A stretch of DNA of 64,000 nucleotides, taken from Haliotis rubra. Lineage: Eukaryota. The stretch spans positions 930,001 through 994,000 of the forward strand of contig NW_025766747.1 of the NCBI RefSeq assembly GCF_003918875.1. Reading direction: 5' to 3'. The first letter of the stretch is position 1. Every line of letters begins with the position of its first letter. This document shows, one piece after another, positions 1 through 11,200 of this stretch. Position numbers and translations under genes: made by a program. Below the pieces are notes generated by a model. That model did not search any database, was not told where the DNA came from, and worked only from the letters and a program-made list of their open reading frames with translations.

Positions 1-419
1 TGAAAATCCATATGGTTGCTCACTGAAGTAAAACTTGCATAAGAAAGAAAACACGTTTATGAGAGAGTTGATGCACAAATCCAGAGGGATGTTTAATAGC
101 ACACTTTCACGGAGAGTTACTGGTGGAAAAGTCTACGTTCAGAACAAAGAGCAAACCAGACTACTTCTATAACATATTGATAGTCCCCTAGCCGGAAACA
201 AAGGGAACAGAATAAGCTTTACCCACCTCAGTGTAAAGGTTTTATACACAGAAAGTACTCGCGATTTAGCATGTGCCGTGGAACATCTGAGCTACTGAGC
301 AACTGCCCTGAAACTTGGGTTATCGTAAGACCAAGTCGCCCCTCTGACAGGTGTTATTTAATGTAGTACTCTTCTCATGACCAAGAGCCATAATGACACA
401 AGGCCAATGCAATAGAAAG

Positions 420-552
420 TGGGTAAATGTTATATTTGGGATTACACATTCCCAGTAAAGTACTAACTCTAGTACCTTTCGGCGTTGAGTCCCTTCCGGG
501 TTTCTAACGCCAATCTGAACGTGAGGCACCCGATTCCCGCACACAAAGTCAG
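420..552 (-). mobile_element. Degenerate copy of the tRNA-like repeat also found at 61055-61200
   Basis: The reverse complement aligns by eye with 61072-61200 (ctgactttgtgtgc...gggactc...gtactttactg..gtgtaatcccaaatata). Confidence 0.55.
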
Positions 553-1969
553 TGTTGAGTTTAGTCTTACGCCGCACAGTCAGTGTTGAGTTTAGTCTTA
601 CGCCGCACAGTCATCTCATCCTACCAGGTACCCATTTACTGCAAGTAAATATTATAAGCATAGTCCTTTGCGATCAGTGCGATGCATCTCAGCCCCATTG
701 ACGTCTCTTAAATCAAAGGATATCAATAAAATATGAATGCGAATGCGGTGCAATAGATAAAAGGGTTAGTCATTTTCTTATATTGTGTTTTAAAGCTTGA
801 CCTTAGCTGGTTTACGACTGAAACCACATTCGAACATGAAGATATAATATTAATGATACTACTGTTTTCTGTTTAAACTTAGCCTCTTGTATGGTAGTTG
901 AAGGAGTGGGTCAGATTGTTAGAGGCTCCGGTGCATGTGTACAGTAGTCGAACAGCTGTGATGTCAACACGACACAACACTTTGGACCGTCATTGTTTAG
1001 TTTCGTTATCTCATTACATGTAACCGTCTAACCATGTTCATTGCAGTCTTTCCGAGAATACAAGCCGTACCAGGAAGTTGGCAGTGTGCCAGCTGTATTT
1101 GTCACGTGTAGCTACAAGGTTAAGGTCAAGCCTTAAATAGCGCACAACACAGTTCTAAATATACATTTTATGGAAATTCCAACTTTAAACGTCGTGTTTA
1201 CAGACTACGATTTGGTAATGAAACAAACTTCTATAGTTTTCTATCGTTTGCAGTGCTAAAGATTAACCAAGGTAAATTCATTTTGTTTTACGTGTACGAA
1301 TTGGTCAATCAGGATGTGATTTCTAATGGCGTATGCGCTCGTGGATGTATTGCAGTTCTGTGATGATGTGTTCTACTTTCAGTCTTGCTGTGTCCTGTTC
1401 CCTCACCAGGAAACACATTTGGTTGTGTCGCTAGCTCTGTTGTCAGTAGTCAAATGTATGGTCTCTGTCACTATTTCGGGTAATTTCCAGAAGTTGTTTG
1501 CATCATGTTGATATTCTGTTAATACAGATAATATGTAAACAGTGGAATGGCTATATTGGGTCAGATAAAGCAAATTATGTGGGTAGACCTAAAGTTATAT
1601 GTCCAATATTAATGTTTGCTTGATTAGCAAGTCTGAACATACCATGCATATCAACATAAAAAAATGTAACCCGTGAACTATTTTAAGAAACAAAATTAGA
1701 ACCACCCTCACAAAGTTATTTCCCTTTGACGCTGTCAGTGGTGACAGCTATTGTCATGTCTACCCTCTTCTATCAGTGTGTAAAAAGGACAAAATGCAAG
1801 TACTGCTAAAATTCGAAATTTTTGCGAGTACTATGTGGCTGTAAATATATCAAACTGTTTAAAGAAGATATATGCCGCTTCTCGCAATATTCCGCCGGGG
1901 GACATTTCATGTCGATATTGTCTAATTATGGATAATGTCTTATTGTCGACTGTCTTATACTGAACCCAG

Positions 1970-2065
1970 GGCCTAGATTTTCGAAGCTAAGATAGTCGCA
2001 AGTTAATGTTAATGTATGGCATTTACGACTATCTTAGCGATAAGAGAGCTTCGAAAATCTAGGCC
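1970..2065. mobile_element. Palindromic MITE, PIF/Harbinger-like
   Basis: TIR GGCCTAGATTTTCGAAGCT...AGCTTCGAAAATCTAGGCC flanked by a CAG 3-bp duplication. A second, half copy is at 56961-57019. Confidence 0.7.
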
Positions 2066-2234
2066 CAGGACTGCAAGTTTCTGCCACTTCCACCTTTTGT
2101 TAACCAATGAAAGCAAAAAATGTTTTTGATACTCCTGAAATGTAACATTTAAGACCAAGTGGAAAAAAAAATACCTGTATTTTTCGCAAATTGATAATTC
2201 CTAGCTATGATGTGAATAGAAATCGTGGTACAGA

Positions 2235-5200
2235 ATGGACATGCGTCGGCGAAGCGACCCTCGACTCTACTTCCGGTACACCGACCCTCCTGACCCGTCG
2301 GATGACCCTCCCAGACTGTGTCTGCTTGATGTGTGCGTCAACATCGATCTGCTTGAAGCTCTCAAGGAACATCAGGACGTTAAAGGTTTGATGTCGCCCG
2401 TACGATTTCAATGAACGAAGGCGTTGACATTATTTCAGACATATCGCGGCCTTATGGAAAGCCGTTTTCACATTCATTAAGAAATACTGACATCTTAAAT
2501 TGTTTTAGAGATATCTTGAATGAAAATAGAAATATTCTGAATTCAATTGAAGATATCTTGGATTGAATTGAAGGTATCTCGAACAGAGATAATTATAGAT
2601 ATCTGCAATAAATTTCATGATATCGCGAAACGAATTAAGGATATGATGAAGCATATCAATGATATCTTGAAAAGAATTGCTGATATCTTGAAATGAATTA
2701 AAGATATATCTAATAGAGATAATGTAATTGGTATTTTGTAATATCTTAAACACATTTAGAGATATCACGAAACATGTTATTGATATTTCTGTAACATTTT
2801 GAGATATCAGTAAATTAAATGGATATCAGACATTTATTAAAGGTATTTTCAATTATGTACTGACCCTACTCTTTGCTGACAGATAACATCCTCAGACAAT
2901 ACCATCAAATCATGCACCTCTCCCTGCTGCACGGGTTTCACGGTGTGCTTTCAATGTGCAATATCTGAATAGGCACATGTGCCTCTAGTATGGACTATGC
3001 TTCACACATAATTTTCATTGCAGATTATGGCGTTCTTCTTCGCATTCACTGGGACGAGACAGGAAACCCTGATGTAGACATGTCAACCCTCACACTCTCG
3101 CAGGTACCGACTGATAGTTCCTCAGGTGTTCTCAACACTGATTACGCCATAGGAATTTCCACTAATCACACTGTCTTGGAGAACTTCATTACAAAAATGT
3201 TCGCAACGTACAATATGAAACTGGTCGCGGTTCAGTACCCTCCAATGGTGCTGACATTTAAACACGGCCTTGATTCCGGCATCAGTAGGTTAACTTCAGA
3301 TAAAACCAGACTGCATGGCTTTGTGAAAGAACTCATTACGCAGTGCACAGTCGCCAAGCACCAGATGCAGTTGAAGATAAACATGAAGAGAGGGTCTAAG
3401 GTAGTGTTGTCCCAGAGACACGCCTGTGGATGTTTTGGACATGAGCAAGGTAGCGACGGAGATTCGTGTGCTCTTCAGGCTGACAACAGCAGCCAGACGG
3501 ACGAAAACCATTATGCAAGCATGTAAGTATAAACCCAGGCATGTGAGTACCCAAGCATAGGAGTGTATAGCCAAACATGAATACCCAGTTTGACATACCC
3601 CGGTCTAAGTGAGTGAGTTTAGTTTTACACCTCACTCAGCAATATTCCAGCTTGATGGCGGCGGTCTGTAAACAGTCGAGTCTGGGCCAAACAATCCAGT
3701 CATCAACAGCATGAGCATCGATCTACGCAATGGGGATACCAATTGTCAACCAAGTCAGCGAGCCTGACCACCCGATTCCGTTAGTTGCCTCTTACGAGCA
3801 TATGAGTTACTGAAGATCAATTCTAACGGGTCTTCGCGGGTCATACCTAGTCTTAATTCAGTTGATTCAGCATGGTTCATATCTCCATAATTAAAATGAC
3901 CCTTTCTAAACTTTTTGATTTCGTATAAGAATATTTAAATATATCTAGTTTCTAAAGTGACAGTTACAATTAGTATTTGTTTATACTTACAGGTCAAGAT
4001 TTCGTATAAGAATATTTAAATATATCTAGTTTCTAAAGTGACAGTTACAAGTAGTATTTGTTCATACTTGCAGGTCAAGTCTTTCCACTATGTGCGATGA
4101 CACAATAGAAGTGGATCACAAAGCTCCATCATCGGTAGAGGTGAGGTTTAAGACCGTGGAAAGCGAACTTGCCGAGCAGCGACACTTTATGGAGTCTCAG
4201 TTCTATGAACAAAAGGGACAAAACGAGGAAATCAAAGCGGCTCTGTTACAAATATCAGATGTTTTGGCACAGAAAGGTGAACAGGAGGAATCCCGACGAA
4301 AAGAGGAACCCCAACTAGCTAAGGATATTCTTGATGAACCAGATTTAATGCAATTTTCTTTGGAAACGGAGCCATCAAAATCCGAATCTATAGGACCGCA
4401 GGATGAGAGTGAGCACCAAACAGAAGTAAAGGTGCAGGGTAAGGGAGAGTCGCAAAGTGGAGAGGAACTTGTGGAGGAAGTCAACCGACATCAAATGAGA
4501 GACGAATCAGAAGAAGAAGAGTCGAACGTAAAGGTGACAGAAGTGGAAGAAGAGAACATGGTCAGTGAAGAGGAAGAAGAGAGTACGAATGACGACGAAG
4601 AGGTTGATGTAGAGAGTGAGTCAGGGGAAGAGTATTCCGAATATCACTACCAAAAGCGCAAAGGACCTATCATCAAAGAAATTGATGGCAATGAACTTAG
4701 AAGTTTGTCTCCTCCAAGAACGGAACAAGAAATGCGTTTTAGAACTTCCAAACACAAGCCGACTGTTTACAACGGCACCAACAGTCGTTCGACTTACTAT
4801 TTAATTGGGAAATACCCACAAGCTTCACAACATAACAGTCAATCATCTGTGAAACAAAAGCAACCAACCACATACACAGGCAATGTGTACAACGATGACC
4901 TGTCAGGAGTGGATCCTTACAAGAATACAAGATATAAAACGCATACGTGTCCTCTTCATGGGAATTATTTTGCGACGCAGCAGACAGCTGCACCCCTCAC
5001 TCGACCACAAAGACAAGCTGGAAGGATGACAGGCAGCCACGCCGGGGACCTGGATGATTTTGGATTAAGTGGACCGGTAAATGAAGACCTCTGGAGTGAG
5101 AGAGACGTGTATTCTGATCTACAGACGGATGAACTGAACTTTGACATCAGCAGAAGGGATCGCCGGAAGCAAGAATCGTATACCATAGATGGGCAAGTGT

Positions 5201-8200
5201 TTTTTAATATATGTACTGTGTATTGAATGTCAAAACACTTGATATAAATGTAATGAATGCCACTGTAGTAGCAGCTCTTCCGTCACTGTAATAGCCTAGT
5301 GCCTTGAAACATCGTACCTATTTACAGATCAAGTTGTTTTAGTATTATGTGATCTAAGATGAGAAATATTATGCATATACTGACAAAGTCATTGTTTTCA
5401 GACAAGTGATAATGACCAAGACCCGACTATGCGATGAACCAAACGGAGAGCAGCGGATGCAGACACTGTTGGAGAGCATGGTTGGAGAGCAGGACAGCGC
5501 GGACAGCAGCAGAATGTGGGAGAGTGTGGCGGAAGCTCAATGTGAAGGTACCGTTATTTCCCCTGGGGCTCCACGAAGCAGACATTAAAGAACGTTTCTG
5601 GCGCACCAATTAGATGTATGCAGTTGCGCAGAGTAGTTGGACTGGTGACTAAGTTTGGCAAGCTGGATTTGTGACAGTTTCTGGGGCCTTGGATCGGCTC
5701 TACATTGTTGCAGAAGTGCAACGTCATAAGTGTTTACTTGGCAGATGAGATTTTGCGCTCTGTAAACCGCCATTATTTTTAATATTCTGATAAATATCAA
5801 CGAACAGATACAAAAATATATGTATATAGCATTAGTGAGTGACATTACAGATCTGGTCAATGCATGTTTTTGAAGCAGTAACAAACAAATTACAGACTCG
5901 AGCACTGTACCCAGCGTAGAGGCCGCCCTGGACACCGTCATCTGTATCGACACATCGGACAGCGTGAAGGGAGAAGCATTCCAGCAAATAACCACCATTC
6001 TCCACGACTTCATAAACGGTACGTTTGTACTCAGCTCCTTATGTCCCGTGATGACGTGCGGATTTTGTTATAAAAAGAAACTGGAAGCAAAGGAATTTTT
6101 TTCTTGCGAGTACTTCTTTCAGCTGGGATGCCAGCTAACCTATAACAGAGAGCTGAACAGATACACGTATTCGTTTTAGGTGGTAGTATTATTAGGCCCT
6201 TTCGGATTCATCGTTGTCAGCTCAGCTTGAATATAATGATGTACTGTAAATGAGTTACAGACAGAAATTGATTAAATTTTGTGTGGTGATGTGATAGTAA
6301 GATATGTTTGATGTACATTCAGGCATTGAGGATATCGCGGAACAATACGAAATGGAGGAAAATATCGCCCTGGTTACTTTTGGAGGTCGTGCCCGAGTGC
6401 TACACCAACTGTCAAATGACTACGGGAGTTTGAGGGATGCTATAGGTATGATGTCATGCCTTATCAGATAATGTGTGTTAATATGTAAAGTGAATGTGTC
6501 AGTCAGACGTCAGATTGTGTTTGCTTTCTTTGCTCTGAATGCATATTTAGAGGTATCCTGTTCTTGTGTATATCTAATGTGTATATGTTTGCCACCCAGA
6601 TACCCTGAAGCCAGGAGGGCCATCCCCGCTGAATGAAGGGCTTCTGGTAGCGATGACGTGCACAGGAAGAGGTATGTACAACGCCGTCACCTACATGGCC
6701 GGTATATCGTTAGATGGGGTACACTTTGACGGAAGTTGTCAACCCTTAGTCTACATAATACATTTCAATTCTATGTAATCATATCTGCTGTCTGTATCTT
6801 AGTAAGCAGATTCTGTCGTCCTGTTTGATGGGCATTTTAGAAGTTGAGTTGATGAAGAATAATGACAATTATATGGATATACAACTTCTTTTATTCTGTG
6901 GAGGCGACGTTTCGACATAGGTTTTCATGCTGGAATATGTTACTATTTGTCTTCAGAAGACATACTTAACATCAGAGGGTGTTCATGCTGGAATATGTTA
7001 CTATTTGTCTTCACGAGGAATACTTAACATCAGAGGGTTTTCATGCTGGAATATGTTACTATTTGTCTTCAGGAGGAATACTTAACATCAGAGAGTTTTC
7101 CTGCTGGAATATGTTACTATTTGTCTTCAGAAGAAATACTTAACATCAGAGGGTTTTCATGCTGGAATATGTTACTATTTGTCTTCAGTAGAATTACTTA
7201 ACATCGGAGGGTTTTCATGCTGGTATATGTTACTATTTGTCTTCAGGATGAATGCTTAACATCAGAGAGTTTTCCTGCTGGAATATGTTACTATTTGTCT
7301 TCAGTAGAATTACTTAACATCAGAGGGTTTTCATGCTGGACTATGTTACTATTTGTCTTCACGAGGAATACTTAACATCAGAGGGTTTTCATGCTGGAAT
7401 ATGTTACTATTTGTCTTCAGGAGGAATACTTAACATCAGAGGGTTTTCATGCTGGAATATGTTACTATTTGTCTTCAGAAGAAATACTTAACATCAGAGG
7501 GTTTTCATGCTGGAATATGTTACTATTTGTCTTCAGAAGAAATACTTAATATCAGAGGGTTTTCACGCTGGAATATGTTACTATTTGTCTTCAGAAGGAA
7601 TACTTAACATCAGAGGGTTTTCATGCTGGAATATGTTACTATTTGTCTCCAGGATGAATACTTAACATCAGAGAGTTTTCATGCTGGAATATGTTACTAT
7701 TTGTCATCAGAAGGAATACTTAACATTTTCATGCTGGAATATGTTACTATTTGTCTTCAGAAGGAATACTTAACATCAGAGGGTTTTCATGCTGGAATAT
7801 GTTACTATTTGTCTTCAGTAGAAATACTTAACATCGGAGGGTTTTCATGCTGGAATATGTTACTATTTGTCTTCCGAAGAAATACTTAACATCATAGGGG
7901 TTTCATGCAGGAATATGTTACTATTTGTCTTCAGAATAAATACTTAACATCAGAGGGTTTTCACGCTGGAATATGTTACTATTTGTCTTCAGGAGGAATA
8001 CTTAACATCGGAGGCAGCCTGAAACTCCCACCAAGATTTATAATCATCACGGACGGTCTGGCCACAGGCACACTACCAGAGGCTGCGCAGGATGGACATG
8101 TGACTAGTGAACAGGTTAGCCCATTGATAATGCCTAGACATGGACTTGTGTACGGCTATGCTGGTGTTATAAACCGTTACGTGTCAATTCCACTGTTTCA

Positions 8201-11200
8201 GGAGAAGGCGGTCCTGACCCACACATTCAGCCAGTTGAGACAGAGACAGCCCGGGGATTATGTGCCACACCCAGTTGTGGTGGTCCCAGTGGGTCGGTCC
8301 GATATGGTTGGTACATTGTTCGTGAAGTTATGTGTAAAGATGAATAACCATCTTTAACTATATCAACCCGTGAAGGTCCGGGTTAGAATGTGCCTTGCTT
8401 TTAACCCATGCTTGTCGTGCGAGGCGTCTAACGGGATCGGCTGATCAGGCTCCCTTACTTGGTTGACATATGTCATCACTTCCCAATTGCGCAGATCGAT
8501 GCTCATGCTGTTGATCACTGGATTGTCTGGCCCAGACTCGATTATTTACAGACCGCCGCCATCAAGCTGGAATATTGCTGAGTGAGGTGTAAAACTAAAC
8601 TCACTCACTCACTTTAACTGTATCATGTTTAGTTGCATTGTGACAGTGTACCATTAAGGTATCATACGTTTGGGCTTTTAGAAAACAATTGCTATGGAAA
8701 GCAAATTTACAAAAGAGAATGTGGGTATATCAACCATGCACGGTATCAGTTTGCCATATGTGGTTCAACCAGAGAGATATTAAAAAAGTAAGCTTCAAAA
8801 ATATGTACTGCTATACGTTACCTCGAGGAAGAATCTCCATGGCCTCAATACTTTCAAAGAAAGACATTCTGATTTCCCACTGTATAAACCATGATCAGCT
8901 ATATCATATATCTGAAATTGTTTAAACGGGTTTCGTTGGGAGTGGATATTTATTACAACACGTGACATGTAATCCCTCACCACCTTGCTTGACATTTTCT
9001 ATTTGATATATTCCCTGTTCAACTGTTAATCATTCCCCACCCAGAGTTTCCTGCTGTCAATGGGAAGGCTATGTGGAGGTATGCTGATTGAGGGCAGCGC
9101 CATCAGGAAGCTCTGCCGACATCAACGGCTGCATGTAAGTAGAGATGTTCAGACACCTGATATAATTGATCACATACTACTGACATTTGCCACTAAACGG
9201 ACACATCCGTGCTGTTTGTTTTTATTTCTGAATTACCTTTGTAGAAACTTGCTGGGGATTCCTTGGAACTGATCAGAGACAAACGCATGGACTCTGCCAT
9301 GTTTGAAGACTTGAGGTCAAGGCAACTGACCATCCAGCTTTCACCCGATACTAAACAGGACGAGATGGTAAGCTAAACGATGTGATATAAAGGAAGTTTA
9401 TACATTCGATGGTGTAAGGCGTCAAGAGTCAAGTCAAGAGAAATGCACACAACTCTCGCCACACATAAGTTATGTGGGATGCATTTATATAATTAGCTGA
9501 ACATCATGTGACGAGAGTAACCAGTGATGATGCGGTCAGGAATCAGCAACCCATGCTGAGTAATGGAATCATATGGTGTAGCTCACTGACTTGTTTCCAT
9601 TTGCATAGTTGCATCCTCATGTCATCCTCGAAGTCATTATTTTCAGACCGTCGTCGTATTGGTGGGATATTGATACGTCTAACAAGAAACGAACAAATAA
9701 AACCTTGCTTAAAAAAACCTCTCCAGAGCACAACGTTTAATGCCACTGTACATCAGCGTACATCCCTTAGTGACTATACAACATTTACTTGTCTTTCTCC
9801 GCTGTGATGTTGCTGGAATAATGCTAAAAGCAGCGTGAAACTAAACTCACTCACTCACTCACTCACTCACTCACTTGTCTTTCTGACAAGAAGATACAAC
9901 CTGATTAATGTCATAACAACTGCTTGTCTTCAGGAGGACGTTAGAGACCTTACACAGGAACATCTATACAAAGTGGCCATTGTTTACGGTTCCAAATACT
10001 CGTTTGCGAACATATACGAAGCTCCAAGTCTCCCCTCTTTGGGTACACGAGTAGTGCGCAGCCAAGACTGGGTGTGGGGCAACCAGGATACGGAAGGGGC
10101 GGGAACGATCATTAATCACGGACTGGACGCCAGTAAGTCGCTGTATTGAAACCAGAATCCTAACAGTTTAGATAGATTTGTAACAGTCGGTTATTGTTTA
10201 TCGCAAATGACTGACAATCATGACAACCCTGACGGTATTTACCAAAACACTTTAAGTATATCGAGGGTTATATCATAATATTTCATTACATAGGATTATG
10301 GGGCGTTTTAGAACCGTCCACCGTTTGTCATCTCTGATGCTTAATAGTTTTCGTTGTACTAACTACGTCATCTTATTTACTGCCAGAGTACGTGTGGGTA
10401 TACTGGGACAGCGGCCATCTTAATGTGTACAGATTTGGTCAAAATGGATGCTATGACGTCACTGAGGTACATGACCAACCGCGAGTCCTGGACGGCGGCG
10501 GAAACGTTGACGTCGGCTTGCAAGTAGAGAGAGGTCAGAGGCTGAGACAAAACAATGAAGTTAGATAACGTGTATATAGGACGACCATAAAGCCAAATAC
10601 TTGTGTTCATTATGCGCACTTTCTACGTAACGTTCGTACCTTTCCTTGATCAGGCCCCAAATGTCCACATGTCTGACATATCTGACGACACACATAAGAG
10701 GTGGGACGTATATCAACATGAAAATACCTTTCAGTTATTCGATGATACGTGTAATATGTATGTCCATATGCTGGGGGTATGTCAGGACACTTCTGATTCA
10801 TATCACGACACATATGGGTTATGTCAAGTTACATGTGGAGAGGTTGGGTAGCCTAGTGGTTAAAGCGTTCGCTCGGGTTCGATTCCCCACATGGGTACAA
10901 TGTGTGAAGCCCATTTCTGTTGTCCCCCCCCCCCCTCTGGAATATTGCTAAAAGCGGCGTAAAACTAAACTCACTCACACACTCACTCAAGTTACATCTG
11001 ATTTATATGACGATACACATGAGCTATACGATGATACATCTGATTCATATGACGATACATCTTAGTCATATGACGACACATCCAAAGTATGTAGTAGTTA
11101 TATTAATGACTGTCCATACCAGGTCCTGATTGGCACATGACGTATGGAGACCAGGATGGCGGTCGTGGCGGTACAGGTGCCATCATCAGAGTAAACATGG

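Noticed and set aside
6870-8012. Minus-strand CTGAAGA...GAAA in each 59-bp unit and a flanking CGAAACGTCG, suggestive of hammerhead ribozymes or a Penelope end
   Set aside because: I could not form stem II or stems I/III around the core, and the CTGAAGA is simply the reverse complement of the splice acceptor TCTTCAG.
8115-8201. Stop-free in-frame introns (8115-8201 and 48383-48472) read through in the ORF track
   Set aside because: Both have canonical GT-AG ends at positions conserved in the paralogues, where the introns are unrelated in sequence; ordinary short introns.
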